A stretch of 64,000 nt of DNA, taken from positions 52,882 through 116,881 of the forward strand of contig JAGPNE010000004.1 in the NCBI GenBank assembly GCA_018052455.1. Direction: 5' to 3'. The notes below the pieces were generated by a model. The model saw only the letters and a program-made list of their open reading frames with translations, did not search any database and was not told the origin of the DNA. The DNA comes from Candidatus Fermentithermobacillaceae bacterium (GTDB taxonomy: Bacteria; Bacillota; Sulfobacillia; Fermentithermobacillales; Fermentithermobacillaceae). This document shows positions 27,122-38,969 of this stretch, one piece after another. A program made the position numbers and the translations under genes. Positions within the stretch are counted from its first letter, which is position 1; the number at the start of each line of letters is the position of its first letter.

Positions 27122-29152
27122 ATGGAATTGTCTGATTTTGAACTAGTTTCTGATTTCAGGCCAGAAGGAGACCAGCCTGAAGCCATAGATGCCCTTGTGG
27201 ATGGCGTACGGAAGGGATACAAGCACCAAGTGCTGCTGGGGGTTACAGGCTCAGGCAAGACGTTTACTATTGCCAACGTAGTCGCACGGCTCAATCGTCC
27301 TACCTTGGTGGTTTCTCACAACAAGATCTTGGCTGCTCAGTTGGCTTCAGAGTTTAAGTCCTTCTTCCCTAATAACGCGGTTGAGTACTTCGTTAGCTAC
27401 TATGACTATTACCAGCCAGAGGCATATATTCCTCAGACGGATACCTACATAGAAAAGGACGCCATGATTAACGACGAGATCGACAAGCTGAGACACTCAG
27501 CAACGTGCGCCTTATTTGAACGTAGAGACGTCCTTACCGTGGCGAGCGTATCTTGCATCTACGGCTTGGGTTCACCGGAAGACTACAGAGACCTTGTTCT
27601 TTCGGTACGCAAAGGAATGCAGAAAGAAAGAGAGGAGATCCTTCGGAGGCTGGTAGATATACAGTACACTCGAAACGATATAGATTTTCAGCGGGGTACG
27701 TTTAGGGTTCGTGGTGACACCATAGAGATCTATCCGGCAGGAGCGACCGGCACAGCTATACGAGTTGAGCTATTCGGGGATGAGGTAGAAAGAATCTTGC
27801 AGTTTGACGTACTTACAGGACGGGCTATTTCAGAGATGAATCACGCCATGATCTACCCTGCCAAACACTACGTGGTCAAAGATGACAAAATGGCGACTGC
27901 TATCGAGACTATAGAAGAAGAACTGGAGATAAGACTAAGAGAACTTAGGGAACAAGGTAAAATCCTCGAAGCTTACAGGCTTGAGCAGAGGACTAAGTTT
28001 GACTTGGAGATGCTCCAGGAGATGGGATACTGCTCGGGAATTGAAAACTATTCTAGGCATCTTACCCAAAGGTTACCTGGGCAGCCGCCATACACCCTGC
28101 TAGATTTCTTTCCAGAGGACTTCATAGTGGTAATAGACGAGTCTCACGTGACTATACCCCAACTTCGGGCCATGTACGAGGGGGATCGCTCTCGAAAAGA
28201 GTCATTAGTGAATTTCGGATTCAGGCTGCCTTCGGCGTTCGACAATAGGCCGCTTACTTTCGATGAGTTCATGTCAAAAGTGGGCCAGGTAATCTACGTA
28301 TCTGCTACGCCAGGTCCTTTTGAGCTTGGAGTTGCTTCTCAAATAGTAGAGCAGGTTGTACGCCCTACGGGGCTTGTCGATCCGGAGATAGAGGTTAGGC
28401 CGACAAAGAATCAAATAGATGACTTAGTCGCTGAGATACAAGGGGCTTCTTCTAGAAACGAGAGGGTCTTAGTAACTACCCTCACAAAGCGCATGGCAGA
28501 GGATCTTACTGAGTATCTTAGGGAGCTAGGGATAAAAGTAACCTACATGCACTCCGATGTAAAGACTCTGGAACGCATGGAGATAATCAGAGATTTGAGG
28601 CTTGGCGTTTTTGACGTCCTAGTAGGTATAAACCTCCTTAGAGAGGGGCTTGATCTGCCTGAGGTTTCGCGAGTTTGCATATTGGACGCTGATCGAGAAG
28701 GGTTTTTGCGATCCGAAACGTCTCTTATACAAACTACTGGAAGGGCAGCCCGAAATGCAAATGGAAAAGTTATAATGTATGCAGATACCATAACAGGATC
28801 CATGGCAAGAGCCATTCGCGAAACCGAAAGACGTAGAGTGAAGCAAAAGGCATACAATGAAAAACATGGTATTGTGCCGCAGACTATAGAGAAAAAGATC
28901 CGCGACGTAATCGCGCACGAGAGGCCGCTAGAAGAAGAAAAAGTGGATTCTCTCCTCAAAGAAAAGAACTTGAGGGACATCCCAAGGAAACAAATTCCTG
29001 CAGTCATCGACACTTTGATGAAAGAAATGAAAGAAGCATCTGCCAACCTTGAATTTGAAAGGGCTGCGATCATAAGAGATATGCTATTTGAGATCGAACA
29101 ATCTGGAGGAGAAATCCCATATTTGAGAGGTAAACGGAATGTTCCACGATAA
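27122..29152 (+). CDS. uvrB: Excinuclease ABC subunit B
   Basis: [46 protein letters not shown] domain. Confidence 0.98.
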   Translation: MELSDFELVSDFRPEGDQPEAIDALVDGVRKGYKHQVLLGVTGSGKTFTIANVVARLNRPTLVVSHNKILAAQLASEFKSFFPNNAVEYFVSYYDYYQPEAYIPQTDTYIEKDAMINDEIDKLRHSATCALFERRDVLTVASVSCIYGLGSPEDYRDLVLSVRKGMQKEREEILRRLVDIQYTRNDIDFQRGTFRVRGDTIEIYPAGATGTAIRVELFGDEVERILQFDVLTGRAISEMNHAMIYPAKHYVVKDDKMATAIETIEEELEIRLRELREQGKILEAYRLEQRTKFDLEMLQEMGYCSGIENYSRHLTQRLPGQPPYTLLDFFPEDFIVVIDESHVTIPQLRAMYEGDRSRKESLVNFGFRLPSAFDNRPLTFDEFMSKVGQVIYVSATPGPFELGVASQIVEQVVRPTGLVDPEIEVRPTKNQIDDLVAEIQGASSRNERVLVTTLTKRMAEDLTEYLRELGIKVTYMHSDVKTLERMEIIRDLRLGVFDVLVGINLLREGLDLPEVSRVCILDADREGFLRSETSLIQTTGRAARNANGKVIMYADTITGSMARAIRETERRRVKQKAYNEKHGIVPQTIEKKIRDVIAHERPLEEEKVDSLLKEKNLRDIPRKQIPAVIDTLMKEMKEASANLEFERAAIIRDMLFEIEQSGGEIPYLRGKRNVPR

Positions 29153-32123
29153 ACTAGTTATAAGGGGTGCGCGTCAGCACAACCTAAAGAACATAAACCT
29201 AGAAATACCTAGAAACACCTTGACAGTCATAACCGGGTTATCAGGCTCGGGTAAGAGCTCGTTAGCTTTTGATACCATCTACGCTGAAGGTCAGAGGCGG
29301 TACGTCGAGTCTTTATCCGCCTATGCCAGACAGTTCCTAGGTCTTATGGATAAGCCCGATGTAGACTACATAGAAGGTCTATCGCCTGCCATTTCTATTG
29401 ATCAGAAATCCGGGGTTAGGAATCCCCGGTCGACTGTAGGTACCGTGACAGAGATATATGACTACCTGCGTCTTCTTTACGCGCGTGTGGGCCATCCTCA
29501 TTGTCCTAAATGTGGGAAACCTATCTCCCGACAAAGCGTGGACCAGATAGCTGATCAAATCCTTGAACTGCCCGAAGGTACAAGGTTTTCGGTGTTGGCT
29601 CCTTTGGTGCGAGGCAGAAAAGGGGAGTACGAAAGGGTCTTCGATGACATTCAAAAGTCAGGGTTCGTAAGGGTCAGGGTTGATGGAGTTACGGGAGAGA
29701 TTTCAGAGTTTTTGGGTACGCGGTTGTCAAAACACAAGAAGCACGACATAGAGGTGGTTGTTGACAGGCTGGTACTTCGAGAAGGCACGCGCCAGAGGCT
29801 TGTGGATTCGCTGGAAACTGCCCTTTCCTTGTCAGGTGATCTTGTGTGCATTGAACTTGTTGTCGATGACAAGAAAGAAGATATCATTTTCAGCCAGTCT
29901 CTGGCCTGTCCTGATTGCGGTATATCCATACCTGAACTTGAGCCCAGGTTGTTTTCCTTCAATAGCCCGTTTGGTGCTTGCCCTGCATGCAATGGACTGG
30001 GAGTCAACATGGAAATTGATCCTGAAATGATTATTCCTGATAGAAGAAAGTCCATTTCCGATGGCGCTATCGCGCCTTGGAATGGAACTCCTGACGGATA
30101 TTACGCACAGCTTCTGGACGCTGCAGCCGAGTACTTGGGCGTATCTACAGACGTGGCGATTCAGGATCTCCCGCCTGAACATATTGAAGCGATTCTATAC
30201 GGAATTTCAGACCGGAAGATACCTTTTCACTATGAAAGCCCTTACGGTAGAGAATCGGATCGTCTGGTTACTTTTGAAGGAGTCATTCCCAATCTACAAA
30301 GGCGCTATAACCAGGCCACCAGTGATGACGTAAGACAGTGGGTAGAGCAGTTTATGGCTGCTGTGCCCTGTCCTGTTTGTGAAGGTAAGCGTCTCAGACC
30401 CGAAGCTCTGGCAGTAACCGTAGGCGGGATCAGCATAGCTGAGCTCACCAACATGTCATGTGAAAACGCCTTGAACTTTATAAATGCTCTGACGTTCACC
30501 GAAAGAGAAGGGCTAATTGCAAATCAGATTGTAAAACAGCTTCGTTCCAGATTGACCTTTTTGACTGATGTAGGACTAGGGTATATAACGCTGAACCGTC
30601 ACGCAGGAACTCTTTCCGGGGGAGAATCTCAAAGGATCCGGTTGGCGACTCAAATCGGTTCAGGTCTGGTGGGGGTTCTGTACGTACTAGATGAGCCAAG
30701 TGTAGGTCTTCACGCGCGCGACAACAAGAAACTGTTGGATACGCTGAAACACTTGCGTGACATAGGAAATACAGTAATTGTGGTTGAGCATGATGAGGAG
30801 ACAATTCGTTCGGCAGATTTCGTCATAGACATTGGTCCCGGCGCCGGCGAAAAAGGCGGTTACGTTATATGCGCTGGTTCAGTAGACGATCTCATTGCGT
30901 GTGAAGAATCGCTGACCGGCCAATATCTATCTGGCAAAAGGCAGATTCCTGTTCCCAAGAAACGCCGTACGGCTGACAATTTCATCACGATCAAAGGCGC
31001 TAGGGAGCACAATCTAAAGAACATCGACGCAAAGATTCCTCTGGGGGTATTTACCTGTATAACAGGGGTTTCGGGTTCTGGGAAGAGTACTTTGGTAGAT
31101 GATATCCTTTACAGGAAACTCGCGTCCTCGCTGCATGGGGCGAGACTCCGGCCAGGTGATCACGATGGGATCGAAGGCATGCAATTACTGGATAAGGTCA
31201 TAAACATAGATCAGTCACCCATAGGTCGGACTCCGAGATCCAATCCGGCCACGTACACAGGAGTGTTTACTGATATAAGGCAGCTTTTTGCCGGGACTCC
31301 CGAGGCCAAAATGAGGGGGTACAAGCCGGGAAGATTCAGTTTCAACGTAAGAGGAGGCAGGTGCGAAGCATGTAGGGGGGAAGGCATCATCCGAATAGAA
31401 ATGCAGTTCCTACCTGATGTGTACGTTCCATGCGAAGTGTGTAACGGCAAGAGGTACAATAGCCAGACATTGGAAGTGAAGTACCGCGGAAAGAACATAG
31501 CGGAAGTTTTGGACATGACAGTTGAAGAGGCCTTGGAGCTTTTCAAGAACGTGCCTTCGGTGAAGCGCAAACTCAAGACACTCTATGATGTTGGATTAGG
31601 ATATATAAAGTTAGGGCAACCTGCTACTACGTTGTCTGGAGGAGAAGCTCAAAGAGTAAAACTGTCTACCGAGCTTTCAAGAAGGGGCAATGAGAAAACC
31701 CTTTACATTTTGGATGAACCAACTACCGGGCTTCATTTTGAAGACATACGGAAACTCTTGAGTGTCCTTCAGCGTTTGACAGATGCAGGCAGTACTGTGG
31801 TAGTTATTGAGCACAACATGGATGTCATAAAGTCGGCCGATCACATTATTGATTTGGGTCCCGAAGGAGGCGAAGAAGGTGGTTACATTGTTGCGGAAGG
31901 CACCCCTGAGGAGGTCATGAACCACCCGTCTTCTTATACAGGTCAGTCTTTGAGAAAGGTTCTGCCTGTGTCTAAAGATAATGCAAAGAAACTGCCATCT
32001 AGGCAAAAAGCGACCAAGTCGTCCCAAAGTCTAAACTCGGAAAAGTCAAAAAAGGCGCAAGGTCACAGCAAAGTGGCTGTGGAAAATGGTACTGGTGTTG
32101 GGGTAAATGAATGTGAAAAATAG
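29139..32123 (+). CDS. uvrA: Excinuclease ABC subunit A
   Basis: Two ABC cassettes ([18 protein letters not shown]), LSGGE x2, zinc fingers. Confidence 0.98.
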   Translation: MFHDKLVIRGARQHNLKNINLEIPRNTLTVITGLSGSGKSSLAFDTIYAEGQRRYVESLSAYARQFLGLMDKPDVDYIEGLSPAISIDQKSGVRNPRSTVGTVTEIYDYLRLLYARVGHPHCPKCGKPISRQSVDQIADQILELPEGTRFSVLAPLVRGRKGEYERVFDDIQKSGFVRVRVDGVTGEISEFLGTRLSKHKKHDIEVVVDRLVLREGTRQRLVDSLETALSLSGDLVCIELVVDDKKEDIIFSQSLACPDCGISIPELEPRLFSFNSPFGACPACNGLGVNMEIDPEMIIPDRRKSISDGAIAPWNGTPDGYYAQLLDAAAEYLGVSTDVAIQDLPPEHIEAILYGISDRKIPFHYESPYGRESDRLVTFEGVIPNLQRRYNQATSDDVRQWVEQFMAAVPCPVCEGKRLRPEALAVTVGGISIAELTNMSCENALNFINALTFTEREGLIANQIVKQLRSRLTFLTDVGLGYITLNRHAGTLSGGESQRIRLATQIGSGLVGVLYVLDEPSVGLHARDNKKLLDTLKHLRDIGNTVIVVEHDEETIRSADFVIDIGPGAGEKGGYVICAGSVDDLIACEESLTGQYLSGKRQIPVPKKRRTADNFITIKGAREHNLKNIDAKIPLGVFTCITGVSGSGKSTLVDDILYRKLASSLHGARLRPGDHDGIEGMQLLDKVINIDQSPIGRTPRSNPATYTGVFTDIRQLFAGTPEAKMRGYKPGRFSFNVRGGRCEACRGEGIIRIEMQFLPDVYVPCEVCNGKRYNSQTLEVKYRGKNIAEVLDMTVEEALELFKNVPSVKRKLKTLYDVGLGYIKLGQPATTLSGGEAQRVKLSTELSRRGNEKTLYILDEPTTGLHFEDIRKLLSVLQRLTDAGSTVVVIEHNMDVIKSADHIIDLGPEGGEEGGYIVAEGTPEEVMNHPSSYTGQSLRKVLPVSKDNAKKLPSRQKATKSSQSLNSEKSKKAQGHSKVAVENGTGVGVNECEK

Positions 32124-33999
32124 CTCGCAACAAGAACGTATGTGGGCCGGCATCACCGGTGATCGTGAAATCTTAAGCGAGAAGACAAAAGATCTACCTA
32201 CTTCTCCCGGAGTCTATGTGTTTCGCGATGAAGCCGGGGAGGTTCTCTATGTTGGCAAAGCCAGAAACCTAAAGAACAGGGTCCGTTCGTACTTTATGTC
32301 GAATCTATCGCCTAAGACCGAAGCACTCATGGAGAGAGTAGGCGGCCTAGAAACAATAATAGTAGATTCTGAAGCAGAAGCTCTGATTCTAGAGTGTAAC
32401 CTCATAAAGAAGCACCGCCCTAGGTACAACATATTGCTGCGAGATGACAAGAATTATCCTTACCTCAGAATAGGAATAGAGGAACAGTGGCCAAGAGTCA
32501 CTATCGTTAGAAGAATGAGCCAGGATGGTGCGCGATACTTTGGGCCGTTCACCAAAGCGGGGTCGCTTAGAGAGACACTCTCTGTTCTGCGTCGGATTTT
32601 CCCATACAGAACCTGTTCGGACACGTATCTGTCACAGACGTCTCGTCCGTGTTTGGACTACCAGATAGGAAGATGTCTAGGGCCTTGTACTGGGAACATG
32701 GACCGAGAGACCTATATGGAAACAATCGATGGCGTAATCAAGTTTTTGGAAGGTCGACACAAGGACGTTAGAGATACCCTAACTGCGCATATGGAGCAGT
32801 GTGCTGAGAACCTTGACTTCGAGAATGCTGCAAGGATCAGAGATCGGATTTCCGCACTTGATGATGTAACTCAAAAGCAGAAAATCGTACTTCCCGACAT
32901 GAAAGACCGAGACATCCTAGGATTGGCACGTTCGGGGAGACTCAGTTTTGTTGCCCTTTTGCCGGTGCGGGAAGGAAAACTCATGGGCAAGGAAGGGTTT
33001 GTTCTTTCGGGGACTGAATTTGACGAAGATTCTGAGATAATAAGTGCGTTTATGGCCCAATATTATCCGAATGCTTCCTTTGTTCCAAGGGAGGCTGCGG
33101 TTCCTGTTTCTTTGCCTGACGCTGACGAAGTCAGTGAGTATACGGGCTTACGAGTGAGGGTTCCCAAGAGGGGCGTGCTAAAAGACCTCGTGTCAATGGC
33201 AAACGACAATGCTAGGGCGATGATGCAGGCGTATATACCCAAGTATCAAAAGGAACAAGAAGAGAACCTGAAGGCTCTTGAAGATCTAGCCGGCGCTCTA
33301 GACCTGCCCGCCCTACCTTTGAGGGTTGAGTGCTATGACATTTCAAATACCTCTGGGAAAGAGGCTGTGGCATCAATGGTCTGCTTGGTAGATGGTAAGC
33401 CGGATAAATCTTCTTATCGGAGGTTTCGAATGAAGACAGATGGGAAACCTGATGACTATGCCATGATGCAAGAAGTGCTGTGGAGACGTTTCAAAAGGGG
33501 GCTTCAAGAGAGGGACGCCATAGAAAAAGAAGGTAAGATGTCGCGAAGGCAGAGCAAATTTGCAGTTTTTCCTGACCTTATTATTGTCGATGGGGGGAAA
33601 GGACAGGTAAGCGCGGCAAAGCAGGTTCTAGACGAGCTGGAACTGGACATACCTCTCGCAGGTCTTGCAGAGCGAAATGAAGAGATTTTCTTGCCCCATA
33701 GATCCGAACCAATAGTACTCCCTAGAGACTCAGGCGCTTTGTTCCTGGTTGTTAGGATTCGCGACGAGGCGCACAGATTTGCTATTTCATATCATCGAAA
33801 GATCAGGGACAAAAAATCCATAGATACTGAATTGTCTCAGATCCCGGGGCTAGGCCCCAAGAAAGCCAAGGATCTTCTCAAGGCTTTCGGCAGCGTAGCT
33901 TCTGTAAAATCCGCATCCTACGACGAACTCCTCAAAGTCAAAGGGATTGGTCCAAAACTGGCCTCATCCATCCTCGAGTATTTCGCCAGTCACCGCTAA
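32107..33999 (+). CDS. uvrC: Excinuclease ABC subunit C (start uncertain)
   Basis: PGVYVF...[21 protein letters not shown] domain, [21 protein letters not shown], HhH. Confidence 0.97.
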   Translation: MNVKNSSQQERMWAGITGDREILSEKTKDLPTSPGVYVFRDEAGEVLYVGKARNLKNRVRSYFMSNLSPKTEALMERVGGLETIIVDSEAEALILECNLIKKHRPRYNILLRDDKNYPYLRIGIEEQWPRVTIVRRMSQDGARYFGPFTKAGSLRETLSVLRRIFPYRTCSDTYLSQTSRPCLDYQIGRCLGPCTGNMDRETYMETIDGVIKFLEGRHKDVRDTLTAHMEQCAENLDFENAARIRDRISALDDVTQKQKIVLPDMKDRDILGLARSGRLSFVALLPVREGKLMGKEGFVLSGTEFDEDSEIISAFMAQYYPNASFVPREAAVPVSLPDADEVSEYTGLRVRVPKRGVLKDLVSMANDNARAMMQAYIPKYQKEQEENLKALEDLAGALDLPALPLRVECYDISNTSGKEAVASMVCLVDGKPDKSSYRRFRMKTDGKPDDYAMMQEVLWRRFKRGLQERDAIEKEGKMSRRQSKFAVFPDLIIVDGGKGQVSAAKQVLDELELDIPLAGLAERNEEIFLPHRSEPIVLPRDSGALFLVVRIRDEAHRFAISYHRKIRDKKSIDTELSQIPGLGPKKAKDLLKAFGSVASVKSASYDELLKVKGIGPKLASSILEYFASHR

Positions 34000-34021
34000 C
34001 ACGAAAGAGTTCAATCGATTA

Positions 34022-34073
34022 ATTAATATTATTAATATTGCTATTGACATTTCTAAACCTTCTGTCATATATT
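34022..34073 (+). promoter_or_regulatory. Sigma-A promoter with tandem ATTAATATT repeat immediately upstream of -35
   Basis: ATTAATATT at 34022 and 34031; TTGACA 34044, TATATT 34068 (18-bp spacer). Confidence 0.6.
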
Positions 34074-34096
34074 GATAAAGAAAGGTGGGATGAAAC

Positions 34097-34498
34097 GTGC
34101 CGAATGAAGTGATTGGAAGGTGTCCTGTTTGTTCTCAGCCTATGGAGGTTACAGAACTAGAATGTCCCGTTTGCCATACCAAAATATCGGGCAACTTTGA
34201 ACTGTGCAAGTTCTGTTCGCTCACGCCCGAACAAAAGGGGTTTGCAGAAGTATTCATAAAGAACCGAGGTAACATCAAAGAGGTTGAGCGGGAGCTGGGA
34301 ATCTCATACCCCACTGTAAGAAGCAGACTGGAGTCTTTGATAAGGGCATTAGGGTATCCAGTAGACGGAGAAGAGGCCGGTTATGCTGACGAGGAGAGAT
34401 ATTCGGAACAACGGAGAATGATCTTGGATAGACTCGATAGCGGAGAAATAAGTGCCCAGGATGCAACAAGAATGCTGAAGAACCTGGGTCGCCGGTGA
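34097..34498 (+). CDS. DUF2089 family zinc-ribbon/HTH protein
   Basis: CPVC...C..C.TKISGNF, FIKNRGNIKEVERELGISYPTVRSRL, LDSGEISAQDA. Confidence 0.85.
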   Translation: MPNEVIGRCPVCSQPMEVTELECPVCHTKISGNFELCKFCSLTPEQKGFAEVFIKNRGNIKEVERELGISYPTVRSRLESLIRALGYPVDGEEAGYADEERYSEQRRMILDRLDSGEISAQDATRMLKNLGRR

Positions 34499-34529
34499 GA
34501 ATTTCAGCCAATTGTAAGGGGGAAGAGTT

Positions 34530-35714
34530 GTGTCGAAAGAGGAAAAGATGCTCATTCTCGAAATGGTGAAAGAAGGCAAGATTGCACCGGAACAAGGTGT
34601 TGAGTTGCTCAATGCCCTTGGGCGGGCCAACCTGCCTCCCAAAGCGCCTTTGAGATTTGGACCCGGTATCTCAGGTGAAATCGAAGACAAAGAGGAGTCA
34701 ATAGAGAAAACGGTAGAGAAGATAGAGGAATTGGCAGAATCAAAAGCCGAGAGTCTGGCCGAACGCATTAGCCACATGTTTTCAGGCAGTACGGCACGGG
34801 GCCCACGGTTTGAGTTCTCAGATGAATTTCACGGCGAGTTAGATCCGGAAGGCGAAATTGAGGTGGAGCTGCGGTCCTCAAACGGTGCGATCGAGGTCAG
34901 AAGCTGGGACAAATCGGGTTATAGTCTAGAAGTTACGAAAACGGTAAATGCTGCAAGTGAAGAAGAAGCTAAGAAGATTCTGGAAGATTGCTTCGAGTTT
35001 ACTCATGAGGGGTCAGTACTTACCGGGGTAGCAAAGGAACGCCAGGTTTTCGGGAATAGAAATCTATGTGTAGATTTCACACTCACCTTACCCGCAGATA
35101 GAAGCGCAATCCTAAACCTTCACTCGGCGAATGGGCGCATAACTGTAGAGGGCGTATCGGGTCCTGGCTGCAAAGCCAGAACGGCTAATGGGCGTATAGA
35201 GATGGGCGACAGTAAGTTTGAGACATTGGCCCTGAACACTTCTAATGGTCGGATAGTCATGGACGAGGTTTCAGGCAAAAAATGCACAGCAGAGACAATG
35301 AATGGCCGCATTGAAGCTACAAACTGCAGCTTTGATGAGATGGACATGACAGATATGAATGGGCGAGTTGAATATGAAGGCAGGGCTAGCAATATGACTG
35401 CGAAGACCATGAACGGCAGGATAGTTGCAGAACTCGCCGGGACAGGGAATTGGGATCTCAAAACAAGCAACGGACCTATTGAAGTGAGGATTCGTAGGGG
35501 TGAGGCCGACTTGTACGAAGTCGATTTATCTTCTAGTAATGGAGAGATCGAAGTAGACGGGATGGGCGAAGTAGACGTCATTATCGACGAGAGGAGAAAG
35601 TACTCACGTAGCAGGCACTATAAAGCTAGCAATAAGGGGTTTGACAAGGCTGATTCAAAAAGCTATTTGACAGCATCGACGGGTTCGGGTCGAATATCTG
35701 TGGAATTTCTCTAA
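34530..35714 (+). CDS. DUF4097 beta-strand-repeat protein with SHOCT-like N-terminus (YvlB/LiaX-like)
   Basis: EEKMLILEMVKEGKI..EQGVELL; repeated T/S-x-NG-x-I motifs. Confidence 0.8.
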   Translation: MSKEEKMLILEMVKEGKIAPEQGVELLNALGRANLPPKAPLRFGPGISGEIEDKEESIEKTVEKIEELAESKAESLAERISHMFSGSTARGPRFEFSDEFHGELDPEGEIEVELRSSNGAIEVRSWDKSGYSLEVTKTVNAASEEEAKKILEDCFEFTHEGSVLTGVAKERQVFGNRNLCVDFTLTLPADRSAILNLHSANGRITVEGVSGPGCKARTANGRIEMGDSKFETLALNTSNGRIVMDEVSGKKCTAETMNGRIEATNCSFDEMDMTDMNGRVEYEGRASNMTAKTMNGRIVAELAGTGNWDLKTSNGPIEVRIRRGEADLYEVDLSSSNGEIEVDGMGEVDVIIDERRKYSRSRHYKASNKGFDKADSKSYLTASTGSGRISVEFL

Positions 35715-35734
35715 AAGGAGATGTTAGATAAGTC

Positions 35735-36121
35735 ATGGATGAAGAGAGACTGCGTGTGCTTCAGATGTTGAAGGAAGGTAAGATCACTGCCGAGGAAGCC
35801 GTTGGCCTACTTGAGGCAATGGACCTGCCCACTGATGTGGCGGAGTCAGATGTGCCTCAGACACCTGCCAAATGGCTCAGGATTAGAGTAACTGATTTGG
35901 GTTCCAACAAACCCAAAGTCATGGTCAATCTACCCATGAAGCTTGTTAACTGGGCGCTCAAAACAGGCAACAAGTTCTCGTCCGTAGGCGGTGTGGACAT
36001 CGATGATATGGGAGTAGATCTCAACGAGCTCAGCGAAGCTCTATCTTACGGTTTTAGAGGCAAATTGATTGACGTGGTTGACGAAGATGAAGGGCAACAT
36101 GTCGAAATTGTCATTGAGTGA
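35735..36121 (+). CDS. SHOCT-like domain protein
   Basis: EERLRVLQMLKEGKITAEEAV.LLEAM, KWLRIRVTD, V.VNLPM.LV. Confidence 0.75.
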   Translation: MDEERLRVLQMLKEGKITAEEAVGLLEAMDLPTDVAESDVPQTPAKWLRIRVTDLGSNKPKVMVNLPMKLVNWALKTGNKFSSVGGVDIDDMGVDLNELSEALSYGFRGKLIDVVDEDEGQHVEIVIE

Positions 36122-36132
36122 CCTTACTCAGA

Positions 36133-37050
36133 TTATTTGAGTTTGGGCAAACCCTCGGAGCTATCACTTGCTCCTCTGGGTTTTCCTTCTTTTATAGATG
36201 CAGCTTTTTCGGATATCCTGCGCAACCTGTGATTGACTGCAGATTTGGAAATCGGTGGAGTGAGAGTTTGCCCCAATTCGTCCATAGTAAGAGACGGGTT
36301 TGCCAGCCTTGCCCGGGCTATCTCTTTAAGGGCAGGTGGCAAGGAGTGTAAGCCGATTTCCTGGTCGATTAATTCAATATCGGCTATCTGACCCAAAGAT
36401 GACTCCACCGTTCTCGAAACGTTAGCTTTATCCATATTGACCTGCCTTTGCACAGAACTTTTCAAGATTTTCTGTACCCTTATTTCTTCGTACTTAAGTA
36501 CTGAAAGTGACGCTCCAAGCATGGTGAGGAATTCCGATATCTCATCGCCATTTTTCATATACACCACCCATGAACTCCTGCGCTCAGTTATTCCGGTCTT
36601 TAGCCCCTCAACCGTGAGAAGGTCAGAAACACAAAGTGCCATCTCTTTTTTGGGAAGCACAAATTCCAGATGGTGCTGTCTGAGCGGTGACGAAAGAGAG
36701 CCTTTGGCGAGAAAAACGCCCCTTAGAAACGCTCTCCTATCTTCCACATCATGCTTGAGTTCCTCGATGCTTTTGGGCTTATCGTCGTCTGCATTCTTAT
36801 TGGGCGTGTTGAGTGTCTTATCCAGGTAGAACATTCTACGAAGCAGGTAGGGTTTTGTCTGGCTCTTGGAGGCTTCAAAGTCAAACCGATTGTGAACCGG
36901 GAGATGACTCTGTTCGTTGCGCAGGTTGTCGGGAAACAAGAGTGAACTAAGCGCATAGTACTCCCAAAACGCCTGGGAATAGCCTCTTGTCTCGACCCTG
37001 GACAATTCTTCTTTTACCGTTCTCGAAAATGTATCTCTTTCGAGTTTCAC
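36133..37050 (-). CDS. whiA: DNA-binding protein WhiA
   Basis: FS..VKEEL, AFLRGVFLAKGS, YHLEF-like HHLEF, NMDKAN, SL.ELG..L.PPISKSAVNHRLR. Confidence 0.93.
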   Translation of the reverse strand: MKLERDTFSRTVKEELSRVETRGYSQAFWEYYALSSLLFPDNLRNEQSHLPVHNRFDFEASKSQTKPYLLRRMFYLDKTLNTPNKNADDDKPKSIEELKHDVEDRRAFLRGVFLAKGSLSSPLRQHHLEFVLPKKEMALCVSDLLTVEGLKTGITERRSSWVVYMKNGDEISEFLTMLGASLSVLKYEEIRVQKILKSSVQRQVNMDKANVSRTVESSLGQIADIELIDQEIGLHSLPPALKEIARARLANPSLTMDELGQTLTPPISKSAVNHRLRRISEKAASIKEGKPRGASDSSEGLPKLK

Positions 37051-37053
37051 TGC

Positions 37054-38049
37054 TTAATCTGGACCTGCCTTTATATCTTCGATTCCGCTGCACGTGTAAT
37101 GAGGATCGGCAAGATTCAATATCGTGCGCGCGGTCTTCATTGAATCGTGGTGCGCGATATCCGTGCTTGCTAGAAAATCGCCTGCAATTGGCGTGTAACC
37201 AGCTGACAGTATTGCATCGATGTCGGCTATCACCTGGCGTTTCTTTTCAATTGCATATTTTTCCGACAATTCAGGAGAAGGTACACCCACATTTGCAACC
37301 ACGTAGGTAAATAATCTTCCGGCGTGTTCCTCAATAGCTCTTATGTGGTCATAGGCAGAGTAGCCGTCAGTCTCCCCGGGTTGGGTCATAATGTTGCACA
37401 CGTACACTTTTTTGCCAGTGGACTTCTTAATAGCAGCAGGTATTCCTTGAACGAGGAGATTAGGTATTATCGAGGTATATAGGCTCCCGGGACCAATCAC
37501 TATTATATCTGCGTTTTCGAGCTCATACACTGCTTCGTCAAGCGCAGGTGGGTTCTCAGGAACCAACTTCACTTTCTTGATCTTCCTGTTACCTGCCGGA
37601 ATATTCGTCTCCCCAAGTATATTGGTACCATCTTCCATTTCTGCTACGAGCATTACATTGCTCAAGGTTGCAGGCAATACCTTTCCCTTTACCGCGAGGA
37701 TTCTTGACATTGCTCTTATTGCTACTTGGAAATCACCTGTCATTTCAGTCATTGCTGCTAGGAATAGGTTGCCAAAACTATGGCCTTTCAACTCTCCCTT
37801 TTGGAATCGGTGGCTAAAAAGAGCAGTCATGTCTGTCTCTGCCTCTGCCAGGGCTATAAGGCAGTTCCTTATGTCTCCGGGTGGCAGTATTCCCATGTCT
37901 TTTCTTAGACGTCCTGAGCTACCTCCGTCGTCAGCAACTGTGACTATGGCCGATATTCTGCAGGGAAACGATTTAAGACCTCGCAAGATTGTGGAGAGGC
38001 CGGTTCCGCCCCCTATTGCCACGATTCTTGGGGGTGCACCTACTTTCAT
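37054..38049 (-). CDS. yvcK: YvcK/GlmR family (UPF0052) gluconeogenesis/morphogenetic factor
   Basis: IGGGTGLS, VTVADDGGSSGRLR, PPGDIRN, GPGSLYTS, N.MTQPGET. Confidence 0.93.
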   Translation of the reverse strand: MKVGAPPRIVAIGGGTGLSTILRGLKSFPCRISAIVTVADDGGSSGRLRKDMGILPPGDIRNCLIALAEAETDMTALFSHRFQKGELKGHSFGNLFLAAMTEMTGDFQVAIRAMSRILAVKGKVLPATLSNVMLVAEMEDGTNILGETNIPAGNRKIKKVKLVPENPPALDEAVYELENADIIVIGPGSLYTSIIPNLLVQGIPAAIKKSTGKKVYVCNIMTQPGETDGYSAYDHIRAIEEHAGRLFTYVVANVGVPSPELSEKYAIEKKRQVIADIDAILSAGYTPIAGDFLASTDIAHHDSMKTARTILNLADPHYTCSGIEDIKAGPD

Positions 38050-38936
38050 GAGTCATCACCTTTGTCTTCGCCAAGCCTAATATCTCTGTGCTCTACAATC
38101 ACCATATAACCTTTGGATTCTAGGTACTGTTTTATCTTTTCGCCGATAACGACTGACCTATGGCGACCGCCTGTGCAGCCTATGGCAATTGTGAGATGGG
38201 TTTTGCCTTCCTCAATGAAATTGGGTATCAAGAAGTCCAAAAACTCGGTGGAATATTCCAAGAATTTCTGACTAACAGGAGCGTCAAGAACATACTGGGC
38301 TACTTCCTCATCCAGTCCCGAACGCGACTTGAGCTCTGGCACATAGTATGGATTCGGTAGAAAGCGAACGTCAAACACAAGGTCTGCATCTAGAGGGATG
38401 CCGTGTTTGAAGCCAAAAGTGATGACGTTGATTATCAACTGCTCCAGGTTCACCGTTTTGGATATTATCTCTATGACCTGTCGTCGGAGCTCCTGACTCT
38501 CGAGGTGGGTGGTATCTATGACTATGTGAGCTTTGTCGCGTATGTCCTTTAGCATTGCCCTTTCGTCGCGTATGCTCTCTAGCACGCCGCTTTGTGCAGA
38601 TAAAGGGTGCCTTCGCCGCGTGGACTTGTAGCGTTTGATCAAGGTATCGTCATCGGCTTCAAGGAACAAGACAGTAGGCTTAATCCCAACTTCCTTGATG
38701 TCGGACATTGCACGAGACAAGTCCTGAAAGAATTCACCGCCCCTAATGTCCACAACGACTGCTATTTTATCGAGAGGTTTTTTTGCCTGTGAGCAGAGGT
38801 CCATGAAGGTCGGAATCAAGGAAGGTGGTAGATTGTCTACACAGAAATAGCCGAAGTCCTCCAGGGCTCTAAGAACGCTGGATTTTCCCGCTCCTGACAG
38901 GCCTGTAATAATAATCAAGCTGGTATCTGAGTCCAA
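38046..38936 (-). CDS. rapZ: RNase adapter / P-loop nucleotide-binding protein RapZ (YvcJ)
   Basis: ITGLSGAGKS, VDNLPP, TRRRHPL, FGFKHG.P.DAD.VFDVRFLPNP, GCTGGRHRSV. Confidence 0.95.
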   Translation of the reverse strand: MDSDTSLIIITGLSGAGKSSVLRALEDFGYFCVDNLPPSLIPTFMDLCSQAKKPLDKIAVVVDIRGGEFFQDLSRAMSDIKEVGIKPTVLFLEADDDTLIKRYKSTRRRHPLSAQSGVLESIRDERAMLKDIRDKAHIVIDTTHLESQELRRQVIEIISKTVNLEQLIINVITFGFKHGIPLDADLVFDVRFLPNPYYVPELKSRSGLDEEVAQYVLDAPVSQKFLEYSTEFLDFLIPNFIEEGKTHLTIAIGCTGGRHRSVVIGEKIKQYLESKGYMVIVEHRDIRLGEDKGDDS

Positions 38937-38969
38937 AATGAAGCCTCCCTCAATTCACAAAAACACGAG

